DNA of 64,000 nucleotides from an uncultured Candidatus Saccharibacteria bacterium (GCA_964427585.1 CAYRVC010000001.1:189846-253845), one strand, 5' to 3'; positions 39,002 to 48,411 are shown, counted from the stretch's first letter. The notes: generated from the letters alone by a model not told the origin. Numbers and translations are program-made.

Positions 39002-39976
39002 TTATTCTTTAAGGTTTGCATCTTTATCATTTTTTTCTCCGTGAAATTTTCGATGAATGTCCCTAAGGCGCTTATTGGTAATATGGGTGTATATTTGGGT
39101 GGCTAATATGTTTTTGTGGCCTAAAAATTCCTGCACTGTCCTGAGATCCACTCCCTGCACCAATAAATCGGTGGCAAAGCTATGCCTCAGAACATGAGGA
39201 GTTGTTGTAATGGGTAAGCCCGCCATTATAGTGTATTTTTTTATTGCGTTTTCTATCGCTCTTGGCGTTAATCTTCGCGAAGCGTCTTTTCTCCCGCTAT
39301 AATTTATAAACAGCGCCTTTTCGTCATCGTCCTTTCTTGTGTCTAAATATTTGCCAAGCCAGTCTATGGCGGTTTTTGAAAAATAAACCGTCCTTGCTCT
39401 GCCGCCCTTGCCGACAATCCCAAGTTCTATATCCGTCATTCCGGATTTTATTTTTATCTGTTCTTTATTCAAAGACGTTAATTCGGAAATCCTCATTCCA
39501 GTGGAAAAAAAGGTCTCTAATATGGCCCTGTCCCTTAAACCTGTTATATTTGAAATATCCGTGGCCGAAAACAGCTTGCTTATCTGTTCTGGGGTAAGAA
39601 AATTAACTGATTTCTCTTTATCGGGCTTAGGAAGGGTTATTTTGTCCGGAGGCAGGGAAATTATGTCTTTTGCCACAAAATAGCGTAAAAGGGCTCTTAA
39701 AGCGATTAAATAGTAGTTTTGAGTGGTCTTTTTAAGGGATTCTCCTTTATGGGTGGTAAATTGCCTGGAAAGGAATAAGCGGTAGCTCCAGACATGGTCT
39801 GGGGTCAGCTGGTGGGGGAGTAAGCCGTTTAAATCTTCCTTTTTCAGCCAAAATAAAAATCTGTCTAAAAATCTTTCATAATTTTCCTGCGTTTTTGACG
39901 ACAAACCTTTCTCAATATCAATCCAGTCTAAAAAATCATTAATTTGTTTAGATATGGGTATTTGGCTTTTTACCAT
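39002..39976 (-). CDS. tyrosine recombinase XerC/XerD family
   Basis: Catalytic-region motifs: R in GMRISEL, HVLRHSFAT, and LGHKNILATQIYTH (Tyr). Confidence 0.85.
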   Translation of the reverse strand: MVKSQIPISKQINDFLDWIDIEKGLSSKTQENYERFLDRFLFWLKKEDLNGLLPHQLTPDHVWSYRLFLSRQFTTHKGESLKKTTQNYYLIALRALLRYFVAKDIISLPPDKITLPKPDKEKSVNFLTPEQISKLFSATDISNITGLRDRAILETFFSTGMRISELTSLNKEQIKIKSGMTDIELGIVGKGGRARTVYFSKTAIDWLGKYLDTRKDDDEKALFINYSGRKDASRRLTPRAIENAIKKYTIMAGLPITTTPHVLRHSFATDLLVQGVDLRTVQEFLGHKNILATQIYTHITNKRLRDIHRKFHGEKNDKDANLKE

Positions 39977-40156
39977 ATTTTAACTGTCCGAATTACGCGA
40001 ATTATCAGCTTTGCATAATTTGGACATATTTATAGCGAATACATCATAATCTATTCGCTTAACTATAATTATGCGAACTCTTTTATATTAATAATAAACC
40101 CGGCAAAACGGGCTGTCAAATGCAGGCTGTTAATAAAAAATTCCCCCGCTCCTTGA

Positions 40157-40486
40157 TTATCCAGATTTTCTAAAAAATTTGGATAAATAATTTTTTATCT
40201 TATGAAAAATATTTTCCTCCTTGTCGGTTCCAGCTGGTAAATTATTTTTTTCTTGTTGCAATTTTTCTTTTATATTGTCCTTCCACTTCCCCGCTTCCCC
40301 GCCGATTTTCATAATTACATTTTGGTTTACGAAATCATACGCCTTTTGCCAATACGGCTGGCCCCAACCTGCGGCTTGTTCGTATAATTTTTTACCGTAT
40401 TCCCTAAAACTCACCTGCTGGCTTAAAAACGCCACAGCTAATATAATAATTACAGCTAAAATATTTTTTATAAATCCTTTCTCCAT
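40157..40486 (-). CDS. hypothetical secreted/anchored protein
   Basis: N-terminal hydrophobic helix. ORF only. Confidence 0.5.
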   Translation of the reverse strand: MEKGFIKNILAVIIILAVAFLSQQVSFREYGKKLYEQAAGWGQPYWQKAYDFVNQNVIMKIGGEAGKWKDNIKEKLQQEKNNLPAGTDKEENIFHKIKNYLSKFFRKSG

Positions 40487-40649
40487 TTTTTATTTCATTT
40501 TTTATTTCACTTATTTTGCTTTTTTTACCTTTATTACCTTGCCGTTCTCTATCGTTTGCAAGGTATGGTTTTTTCACTCGAGTGAAAAAACCGCACTTTA
40601 CGCTCGTAAGAACAAATTTATAAATTTTTATATCGGCGCATAATAACTA

Positions 40650-40678
40650 TTGACAATATTTTATAAAGAGCGTATTAT
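40650..40678 (+). promoter_or_regulatory. sigma70-like promoter
   Basis: TTGACA, 17 nt spacer, TATTAT, upstream of 40764. Confidence 0.5.
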
Positions 40679-40763
40679 CATAAATGTGTTTTAAATGTCC
40701 TTTGAAATTAAAAACTGTAGGTAGCTATGCCTGACTAAGTCGAAAATAGCAAGGAGGATTACC

Positions 40764-41084
40764 ATGAAGAGCTTGGTTGTTTTGGTTGGTGTGGTTTTTT
40801 TGCTCGCCATCTTCTTGGTGGCGGGTTTACTCTTGAACGGATACACCTTAAGCCTTCTTTGGGAATGGTTCGTGGTGCCGGTATTTACCGGTGCCCCAAA
40901 GTTGTCAGTAATTCCCGCTATAGGAATTGCGCTATTAATGCGCTGCCTAACGTATCGCCTGCCGCTAGATATTGAGGAAAAAAAGCGCGACAATAGAGAA
41001 CAGGTCGTCCGTATAATAATCCATTTTTTTGGTAATCCGGCCATTACCCTTTTCTTCGGCTGGATTCTACACTTTTTTATGTAA
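40764..41084 (+). CDS. small integral membrane protein
   Basis: AAGGAGG RBS 7 nt upstream. Three TM helices. Preferred over the antisense track ORF 40691-41140. Confidence 0.6.
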   Translation: MKSLVVLVGVVFLLAIFLVAGLLLNGYTLSLLWEWFVVPVFTGAPKLSVIPAIGIALLMRCLTYRLPLDIEEKKRDNREQVVRIIIHFFGNPAITLFFGWILHFFM

Positions 41085-41116
41085 AAGTAGGACTTTTGAT
41101 ACCTGGCTGAACAATG

Positions 41117-41154
41117 GCCCCGTGATAAGGTATTTATCAAGGGGCTTTTTTTTT
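41117..41154 (+). terminator. rho-independent terminator
   Basis: GCCCCGTGATAA / TTATCAAGGGGC stem with one mismatch, followed by a T9 run. Confidence 0.75.
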
Positions 41155-41180
41155 GTTTAAAAAATTAAAAAAAGACAAAC

Positions 41181-41215
41181 ATTCGAACAATCGAACATTC
41201 GAACAATTCGAACAA
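41181..41215. repeat. short tandem repeat, 4 x (A)TTCGAACA with 8-9 nt period
   Basis: Counted directly. Abuts the gltX stop codon. Confidence 0.8.
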
Positions 41216-42739
41216 TTATAACATCTCTATCGCCTCTTTGATTCTTTTCAATGTTTTTTCTTTGCCTAATATTTCCGCTATTTCAAATGGGCTGGCCGAG
41301 GCCTGCTTTGCAGAAAGCGCAACCCTTAACGGCCATAATAAAAAACCTTTGTTTTTTTCAGGATATCCATTTTGTTTATTAAACTCCCCTGCCCCATTCA
41401 ACAGAACGTCTTCTATTTTTTTAAAATTCCAGTCGTTTAATTCTGATAAAATTTTGTCGCATAATAAAAGAGCCTCACCGACATCTTTGTTTTCCATATT
41501 ATCCCATTTCAATAAATTTCTATCGTAATCCAGCTTGGCTTTAAAGAAAAAATCCGTTAATTCCGCGATTTCCGAAAGTTTCTTTAAGCGCGATTTGTGC
41601 GCTTCAACAATTTTTTCCAGGGTTTTAACGCTCATCCCCTCCCCTGTTTTTGAAATGGCATATTCGCTGTTTTTCTTTTCAATCAGTTTTGCCGATATCA
41701 AATACGGAATGCAAAGTTCTGCTAATTTTTCTGTTGGTTTCTGGCGTATGTAAAAACCGTTCAGAAAATCCAAGCGCTGAATATTGAATATTGCCCCGGC
41801 TTTCTGGGTTTTCTCAATGGAAAACTCCTTTTCAAGCTGGGACAGGGAAAATATTTCCTTTTCCGTTCCAGGATTCCACCCCAGCAAAACCATGAAGTTA
41901 ACCATTGCTTCGGGTAAATAACCTTTAGAGCGGTAATCCTTCAAAACAGTGTCTCCATAACGCTTTGAAAGTTTGCTTCTGTCCGGATTAAGCATCAAGG
42001 GCAAGTGGGCGTAAACTGGCCTGGAAAATCCCAGGGCTTCCTGTATTAAAATCTGCCTTGGAGTGTTTGACAGGTGTTCTTCGCCCCTTATCACGTGGGA
42101 TATTTTCATCAAAAAATCATCGACCACAACGGCAAAGTGAAACAAGGGATTATTGAGATTTTTTGCTATTACCACGTCTCCCAAAAGCCCCGCGTCAAAT
42201 TCTATCTTTCCCCTGATCAGGTCTTCAAATTTAACATTTTCGTTTGCAATCCTAAATCTTATAACCGACTGCTTCCCTTCTTTCAAATTTTCCTTAACTT
42301 CTTTTTCTGAAAGATTGGCGCACTTGCCGTCGTATTTTGGCGCCACTCCCCTTGCCATCTGCTCCTGCCTTTTAGCTTCCAATTCTTCCTCTGAACAAAA
42401 GCAGTAATAAGCTTTATTTTCATTCAAAAGATTCTCCAAATATTTTTTATAGATATCAATCCTTTGGGATTGCTTATAAGGTCCTAGTTCCCCGCCTATG
42501 TCGGGCCCCTCATCCCAATTTATGGATAGCCATTTTAACCCTTCTATAATCTCTTCAGTCCATTTAATTTCGGATCTTTTCAAATCAGTGTCTTCAACGC
42601 GCAAGATAAACCTGCCGTTGTTTTTTCTGGCAAAAAGATAGTTAAACAAGGCGGTTCTCGCCCCGCCAACATGCAAGGGCCCGGTAGGAGACGGAGCAAA
42701 CCTAACCCTTATTTCTTCTATGTTTATTTTTTTAGGCAT
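41216..42739 (-). CDS. gltX: glutamyl-tRNA synthetase
   Basis: RFAPSPTGPLHVGGARTA (HIGH) and KLSKR (KMSKS). ATG 42739 is preferred because the longer N-terminus translates a palindromic repeat. Confidence 0.93.
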   Translation of the reverse strand: MPKKINIEEIRVRFAPSPTGPLHVGGARTALFNYLFARKNNGRFILRVEDTDLKRSEIKWTEEIIEGLKWLSINWDEGPDIGGELGPYKQSQRIDIYKKYLENLLNENKAYYCFCSEEELEAKRQEQMARGVAPKYDGKCANLSEKEVKENLKEGKQSVIRFRIANENVKFEDLIRGKIEFDAGLLGDVVIAKNLNNPLFHFAVVVDDFLMKISHVIRGEEHLSNTPRQILIQEALGFSRPVYAHLPLMLNPDRSKLSKRYGDTVLKDYRSKGYLPEAMVNFMVLLGWNPGTEKEIFSLSQLEKEFSIEKTQKAGAIFNIQRLDFLNGFYIRQKPTEKLAELCIPYLISAKLIEKKNSEYAISKTGEGMSVKTLEKIVEAHKSRLKKLSEIAELTDFFFKAKLDYDRNLLKWDNMENKDVGEALLLCDKILSELNDWNFKKIEDVLLNGAGEFNKQNGYPEKNKGFLLWPLRVALSAKQASASPFEIAEILGKEKTLKRIKEAIEML

Positions 42740-42757
42740 ACTATTTTGAGAGAGTTT

Positions 42758-42805
42758 GAGAGAGGCTAAGCCTTTCACAAATTTGTGAAAGGCTTAGCCT
42801 CTCTC
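42758..42805. repeat. perfect 48-bp palindrome with CACAAATTTGTG core
   Basis: GAGAGAGGCTAAGCCTTTCACAAA | TTTGTGAAAGGCTTAGCCTCTCTC. Abuts the murG stop. Confidence 0.9.
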
Positions 42806-43921
42806 TTATTCCAGCATTAAATATTCCAAAATTTCCCTGGCAATCGTTCTGGCGGCCAAAGGCTTTGAAAATCTTAATGCCGCTTCTTTCATTTGTTCCA
42901 ACTTTTCCTGGCGCAGAAAAAGCAGATGGATTCTTTCCAAAAAAATATCATCTGAAAGATTGTCCTGTTCCATAATCAGCGCGGCCCCTGTTTCGCTGTA
43001 AAAATAAGCATTCTTAAACTGGTGGTCGGCCGCGGATGACGGCAAGGGAATCAAAACGCTGGGCTTTCCCACGGCGGCGATTTCAAAAATAGAGCCGGAT
43101 CCCGCCCTGGATACTATGAAATCCGCAACCTTGTAGGCGTGCTTTAACTTTTCTTCGTCTAAAAACCCTATGGGATGATAATACTTTTCAAGCTCTTTTT
43201 CCATAACCACCTGGACCTCAGCCGCCACCTGCTTCACATTATTCCTTCCGCATACATGTATTATCTCAAAATCCTTCACCAATCTGTTTATCATAATCAT
43301 CACAAAATCATTGATTTTTTCAGCGCCCTGCGAGCCTCCCATAAATAAAATTATTGGTTTTTGAAGCGTCAAGTCAAATAATTCCGTCGCTTTTTCCTCA
43401 TCTCCCTCCAAAAGATCTTTTCTAATGGGGTTTCCGGTTAAAATCACTTCTTTCTGGTCAAAATATTCCGTTTTTGGGAAAGAAACGAAAACTTTTTTCG
43501 CCCACTTGGAAGCGATGCGGTTGGACAGCCCGGGCACAATGTCAGACTCGTGCAAAAAAACCGGAATTCTTAACAGCCTTGCGGATATTGTTACAGAAAT
43601 TGATCCGGATCCCCCCTTGCTAAAAATAATTTGCGGGCGAATTTTTAAAATAAGATAAAAACTTTGAAGAATGCCAAAAGGAATTTTAAAAAAAATATCC
43701 ACGAAATTCTCAAAAGAAAGATACCTTCTGATTTTTCCTGAAATTATTGTTTTTATTAAAAATCCCTCCTGTGCCAGCAAAATCAGCCCGAATTCGTCTT
43801 TCGGGCCGATGTAATAAAAATCCAGGTCATTTCTTTGGTATATCCTTCTTATTTCCCTGACAATGGCCACAATGGGAAAAACATGCCCCCCGGTTCCCCC
43901 TCCCGTGAAAAGTATACGCAT
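42806..43921 (-). CDS. murG: UDP-GlcNAc:lipid I N-acetylglucosaminyltransferase MurG
   Basis: N-terminal GGTGGH.FP, C-terminal GGSQGA and the SRAG.....E motif. Confidence 0.92.
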   Translation of the reverse strand: MRILFTGGGTGGHVFPIVAIVREIRRIYQRNDLDFYYIGPKDEFGLILLAQEGFLIKTIISGKIRRYLSFENFVDIFFKIPFGILQSFYLILKIRPQIIFSKGGSGSISVTISARLLRIPVFLHESDIVPGLSNRIASKWAKKVFVSFPKTEYFDQKEVILTGNPIRKDLLEGDEEKATELFDLTLQKPIILFMGGSQGAEKINDFVMIMINRLVKDFEIIHVCGRNNVKQVAAEVQVVMEKELEKYYHPIGFLDEEKLKHAYKVADFIVSRAGSGSIFEIAAVGKPSVLIPLPSSAADHQFKNAYFYSETGAALIMEQDNLSDDIFLERIHLLFLRQEKLEQMKEAALRFSKPLAARTIAREILEYLMLE

Positions 43922-43958
43922 AAACTAAAATTTTTAATTTTAAATTTTTAGTTAACAT

Positions 43959-45092
43959 CTAACCGTTTTTGGATATGTTTAACAATAATCCCACGCCAAC
44001 CAGCTCCGTAATCAAATGCGAGCCTCCGTAGCTGAAAAACGGCAAAGGTATTCCGCTTAATGGAAAAATGCCGGCCACAGAGCTGATGTTTACCAGCGCC
44101 TGGAAAACTATCCAGAAAGTGATGCCTATCGCGGTCAGCCTGGCGAATTTGTCTTCTGTTGATTTGGCTATTTTAAACCCCATCCAGCAAAACAAAACAA
44201 AAAGGCTGACTAAAATAAAACTGCCTAAAATTCCGGTTTCTTCGGCAAAAACGGCAAAAATGGAATCGGTCATCGCCTGTGGCAAAAAACCAAATTTCTG
44301 CGCCGACATCCCCAGGCCCTTGCCGAAAAATCCCCCTGAGCCTATGGCTATCAAAGACTGATTTAACTGCTGGCCCTTTCCCAAAGGGTCTGATCCGGGG
44401 TTTATAAAAATCAGCCACCTGTCAAAGCGGTAAGACTTTGTCGTAATCAAAAAAAACAATCCGGCTATGCCAGCTGAAATCGACGCAATGGTATGCCAAA
44501 AAGGAGTGCCCGAAGAAAAATACAAAAAAATCAAAGTCAGCCCTATTATGCCCATAGTGCTGATATCGGGCTGTATTTTCAAGATTACCGAGATTACCGA
44601 CAAAAAAACTATAAAAGGAACAAAAACCCATATTAAGTTATAATAACTCTTTTTTGCCTTTAATATCCAGCCTTTTGCCGAGGTTTTTGAAAACTTGCTG
44701 GCAATCCAGGCAGACAAATACAAAACAGAAGTTATTTTCAAGAGTTCGGACGGCTGGAAAGTTATTTTTCCTATGCTTATCCAACGATGGGCGCCGTAAA
44801 ACTTAGAGCCTATAAAAGGCGCGAAAACAAGAAGCATAAGCAGAAGGTTCAATGCAAATAAAACCGGAGCCAGTTTTTTCAACTTATCCAAAGGAAATTT
44901 ATAAGCTATTGCCGCAAAAATAAGTCCCGGAACAAATCCGAACAGCAGCTGGTGTTTGATATAATAATTGGCCGTGCCAAATTGCCTTAAAGAAGCCAGG
45001 GCGGAAGTGGTTGCCAAAAACAGCAAGCCTGAACCGGCCAGCAGGCACGATAAAAAAAACAAAGGATAATTAAAATGCTTTTTCACCCCCAC
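43959..45092 (-). CDS. ftsW: SEDS family protein FtsW/RodA
   Basis: Polytopic membrane protein. QPSE..K, LP...TD.IF and G.PLPF.SYGGS motifs. GTG start. Confidence 0.9.
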   Translation of the reverse strand: MGVKKHFNYPLFFLSCLLAGSGLLFLATTSALASLRQFGTANYYIKHQLLFGFVPGLIFAAIAYKFPLDKLKKLAPVLFALNLLLMLLVFAPFIGSKFYGAHRWISIGKITFQPSELLKITSVLYLSAWIASKFSKTSAKGWILKAKKSYYNLIWVFVPFIVFLSVISVILKIQPDISTMGIIGLTLIFLYFSSGTPFWHTIASISAGIAGLFFLITTKSYRFDRWLIFINPGSDPLGKGQQLNQSLIAIGSGGFFGKGLGMSAQKFGFLPQAMTDSIFAVFAEETGILGSFILVSLFVLFCWMGFKIAKSTEDKFARLTAIGITFWIVFQALVNISSVAGIFPLSGIPLPFFSYGGSHLITELVGVGLLLNISKNG

Positions 45093-45208
45093 ACCAAACG
45101 AGCCACCAAATCAAATTTCAAAAAATTTGATTTGTTCTGTCTCTTTGTTTTCTTATTTTTATTTTTTAATGTGTTCATTTTAACAATTTTTCACCCACAA
45201 ATGGCTCG

Positions 45209-47770
45209 TTATGGTGTGGGGGTGAATCTTGCCATTTTCTTTACAATTTTTTTGAACTGATCTCCTTTTTCCTCAAAATTTTTCCACAAAGAATAACTGG
45301 GCGAGGCCGAGGAAAGCAGGCAAACTCCTCCCTTTTTTGTATATTTATAAGCAAACATTACCGCTTCTTCCATGCTTCTTGTTTTAAAAATATTAAAATT
45401 TCCGGAAATCGCTTTCAAAATCCTTTTTCCGCTTTCCTCAAAAATAACTATATTCCTTATTTTATATTTTTTAACTGCTTTTGCCAATTGTGAAAAGTCA
45501 TAACCCCTGTCTTCTCCCCCAAGCAAAATGGTATCCACGTTTTTTATCGATTTTATGGCGGCTATTGTTGATTCAGGCGTAGTGGAAATCGCGTCGTCAT
45601 AAAACTCAATGCCCTTAAACTCGCCTACAAATTCCAGGCGATGTGGCAGGTTTTTGAATTTTTTAATTGCCTTATTTATTATACCGTCTTTAATATTCAA
45701 AATCTTAGCTGAGGCAATCGCGGCTTTTATATTTTGCCTGTTGTGCTCCCCTTTCAGCAGAATTTCAGAATCATCCAGCGTAATTTTTTTGGCGAATGGA
45801 ATCGCTTTGCCCTTGTAACCAGCCAGCCATTTGACTGATTCCTTTGACTTTGGATTATATACAAAACAATCATCCTTCCCTTGAAAGTTAATTATGTTTT
45901 TTTTTGCAAGGTAGTAATTATCCAATCCTTTGTGGTAATCCATGTGTTCTGGAAACAAAACAGTGACAACGCTGATATCCGGCGAAAAATCCATGTCTTC
46001 AAGCTGGGCGCTCGACAACTCCACCACAAAAACAGCATCCTTTTTTATCGGTCTTAACAGCGCCTCCAGCATGGGCTTTCCTATGTTGCCCAAAAACACG
46101 ACATTTTTTCTTGCTTCTTTCAAGATGGAATATATAATCGAAGAAGTGGTGCTTTTGCCCTTGCTTCCCGTAATGCCTATTATTTTGTTTCCTTTTCTTT
46201 CTACTTCTGAAAAGAATATATTGGTGGCTGTAGTATAAGGTATTTTCACCAGGCTTTTTGGAATACCCGGGGTTTTTATTGCCAAGTCGTAATCCTGTTG
46301 TTTGCCTAAATAATTTTTTGAAAATTTTGCGTCAGCTATGCCGATTTTTAAACCAGGATATTTTTTCTCTATATATCTTTTGCTTATTTTCCCCTCTTTG
46401 CCGTATCCTAAAATCAAAACTTTTTTTACGCCAGAAAACCTGAAACGGCTCGGAATATTAACGGCAGAATTTATTCTGAAAACATTTTCAATAATGGCTT
46501 TTTCCTTTTTAACGCGGGGCAGAAATGTCTTAATCATAAAATCTTTTTTGAATTTTTTTGAAGCTAAAAACAAGGCAGCCCTTGCCTCTTCAAAGGTGCC
46601 GACGCAGTCAAAGGGCTTCATCTTCCCGAACCCTAAAATATCGCAAAATAACGGCAGAAGATTCTTTTCCTGGTAAAGATTCTTTTTAAAAATAAAAAAC
46701 AGCTCCTTTTTTGATAAAAAGGCCGACAATAGAATAAAATTAAAAACGCACTTCGGACAGTTGAGACACCACAATCCCTTGTTCTCCCTGACGGATTTAA
46801 AATTTTTGTTGCAACTGGAAAAATGCAAAAAATACTTCTTATATTTTGAAAACATTTCCGCTATGCGGATTTCATAAAACGGCCTCAACAGGGAAAAATA
46901 ACGGACATCCGGGGTGATAAAATTACGCAAGTAGTCCTGGAACAAACTTTCAAATTCAGATGATTTTGACCACTGGTGGTTGACATCCTGCCCTTTGTAT
47001 TTTATGTTGCCGAAATTACTGCTATATTCGTTGGCGACAACGCAATAAGAATGTTTATATAAAACCGCCGCTAAAACGCCCAAAAAAGCGTATACGGCGG
47101 AAATAGGAATATGGCCGTTATATTTATGCTTGTCAAAAACTTTTTCGTCTAAAATTCTGCGGATTTTGATGCTTTTGAGGCCTGTTTTTTTGATTATTTT
47201 ATTAAGCAAATCAGAGCCTTTGCCTGTCTCCGCAAAAAAAGCCGTGGCATCAAATTTTTGTTCTCGCAACAGCTCTGAGGCCACTATTGAATCCTTTCCC
47301 CCTCCCATAAAAACCAGGCATTTATTGTTGCTCTCCAACCGATATGCCATGCTTTTTATATTTTTTTTAAAAGGAAATTTAGGCGAAATTCCAGGGTCTA
47401 ATTTGTTCCTATAAAAAAACTCTCCTAGGCCTTTTTCATACACTGTATTCCAAAACTCCGCTTCTTTTTCCGATAATGTCGCACCCGCCTTCGCTATGGC
47501 TACGGCGGGCGGGCAATAAAACTTATAATAACTAATACCCAGCATCAAATGCAGGCTCTCGAAGATTTTATTCAAGAATCCGTCTGGAATTTCTTTAAAA
47601 TCAACGGCCTTCGGCAGAATTATAGATACAGTAAAAAAAATAGGCGAATTATTTTTAAACCTCTGTTTGTAATTAAAAAAAATCCTTTTTTTACGAGGCT
47701 CAAATTTATACGAAACAAACTCAAAAACAGTCGGCTTTAAATTTGATTTTGCATTTTTATTCATTAGCAT
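45209..47770 (-). CDS. murD: fusion protein: N-terminal PP-loop-like ATPase domain plus C-terminal MurD (UDP-MurNAc-L-Ala:Glu ligase)
   Basis: The C-terminal half (roughly 45209-46431) has VLILGYGKEG and GITGSKGKSTT. The N-terminal half has FMGGGKDS (an SGGxDS-like PP-loop) and a C-x15-C-x2-C-x2-C cluster. Confidence 0.8.
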   Translation of the reverse strand: MLMNKNAKSNLKPTVFEFVSYKFEPRKKRIFFNYKQRFKNNSPIFFTVSIILPKAVDFKEIPDGFLNKIFESLHLMLGISYYKFYCPPAVAIAKAGATLSEKEAEFWNTVYEKGLGEFFYRNKLDPGISPKFPFKKNIKSMAYRLESNNKCLVFMGGGKDSIVASELLREQKFDATAFFAETGKGSDLLNKIIKKTGLKSIKIRRILDEKVFDKHKYNGHIPISAVYAFLGVLAAVLYKHSYCVVANEYSSNFGNIKYKGQDVNHQWSKSSEFESLFQDYLRNFITPDVRYFSLLRPFYEIRIAEMFSKYKKYFLHFSSCNKNFKSVRENKGLWCLNCPKCVFNFILLSAFLSKKELFFIFKKNLYQEKNLLPLFCDILGFGKMKPFDCVGTFEEARAALFLASKKFKKDFMIKTFLPRVKKEKAIIENVFRINSAVNIPSRFRFSGVKKVLILGYGKEGKISKRYIEKKYPGLKIGIADAKFSKNYLGKQQDYDLAIKTPGIPKSLVKIPYTTATNIFFSEVERKGNKIIGITGSKGKSTTSSIIYSILKEARKNVVFLGNIGKPMLEALLRPIKKDAVFVVELSSAQLEDMDFSPDISVVTVLFPEHMDYHKGLDNYYLAKKNIINFQGKDDCFVYNPKSKESVKWLAGYKGKAIPFAKKITLDDSEILLKGEHNRQNIKAAIASAKILNIKDGIINKAIKKFKNLPHRLEFVGEFKGIEFYDDAISTTPESTIAAIKSIKNVDTILLGGEDRGYDFSQLAKAVKKYKIRNIVIFEESGKRILKAISGNFNIFKTRSMEEAVMFAYKYTKKGGVCLLSSASPSYSLWKNFEEKGDQFKKIVKKMARFTPTP

Positions 47771-47829
47771 ATTATATCCAATTTCAGTTTAAAATCAAAT
47801 TTAACGTATCTGGCGTTATGCAAGCTTGT

Positions 47830-47879
47830 GACCCCCGAGCTCACAAAATTTGTATACAAATTTTGTGAGCTCGGGGGTC
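47830..47879. repeat. perfect 50-bp palindrome with CACAAAATTTGTA core
   Basis: GACCCCCGAGCTCACAAAATTTGTA | TACAAATTTTGTGAGCTCGGGGGTC. Lies between the RNA-module array and the murD fusion. Confidence 0.9.
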
Positions 47880-47904
47880 TCGTACTTAAAAGCGCAATAA
47901 AAAA

Positions 47905-48094
47905 GGACGGCATTTCATCAATAGTTTCTTTTTAGAAACATCTTCGCAATAGCCGTCCATAATTCTTTGGGTAAAACACCTCCAGGATAGTTCCAAAACA
48001 CGCCCCATCTAGTTTTACCCAGAGAAATATATCAGAAAGAGCGAAACAAGCCACCTGAAGTTTTTTTAAAAACACAACACAGTAAGTTCCGCTC
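47905..48094 (-). ncRNA. three guide-loop hairpin modules (H1-H3) at the distal end of the array
   Basis: Outer stems are GGACGGC/GCCGTCC, TGGGTAAAAC/GTTTTACCCA and GAGCGAAAC/GTTCCGCTC (one G.U on the minus strand). Each encloses variable strands around a TA plus inner hairpin core. Confidence 0.6.
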
Positions 48095-48120
48095 TTTTTC
48101 AAAAAAAATAAAAGAACAAT

Positions 48121-48391
48121 GAGGGAACATGTGTTCTGTAGTGAATTCAATCACATTACAACTGAAGTCCCCTCTTTGGAAAAAACAATTATAAAAATCC
48201 CAATGACCAAACCCCAAACCCCAACCAAACCCCAAATCCTAAATCCTAAAACGTTTTAGGCCTTGGGATTTCATTAATTTTGTTGGGCATTGGACATTGG
48301 GATTTTGAGTTTTTCGTTTGCTTTCTCCAAAGAAGGGGCGAAACAATCTCGGATAAGTGCCATACAGCACAGAACCTCAGTAGTCTCGCCC
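48121..48391 (-). ncRNA. two-module unit (H5 + H4) downstream of the ORF, linker interrupted by a MITE-like element
   Basis: H4 is GAGGGAAC...GTCCCCTC (48121-48174), identical to the module at 49863. H5 is GGGCGAAAC...GTCTCGCCC (48336-48391). Confidence 0.6.
48194..48306. mobile_element. MITE-like palindromic element (AAAATCCCAATG... / ...CATTGGGATTTT termini, CCCAAA(C/T) heptamer arms)
   Basis: Terminal inverted repeats and a central TAAAACGTTTTA. A second copy lies at 62924-63033. Confidence 0.7.
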
Positions 48392-48411
48392 TTTTATTTT
48401 TTAGAACTGGG

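Noticed and set aside
40691-41140. 149-aa minus-strand ORF
   Set aside because: It is antisense to a plus-strand ORF that has a strong RBS, clear TM helices, and its own promoter and terminator.
42740-42778. Longer gltX N-terminus (MKGLASLKLSQNS)
   Set aside because: It translates the 48-bp perfect palindrome. The conserved GluRS N-terminus begins at the internal Met (MPKKINIEEIRVRFAPSPTG).
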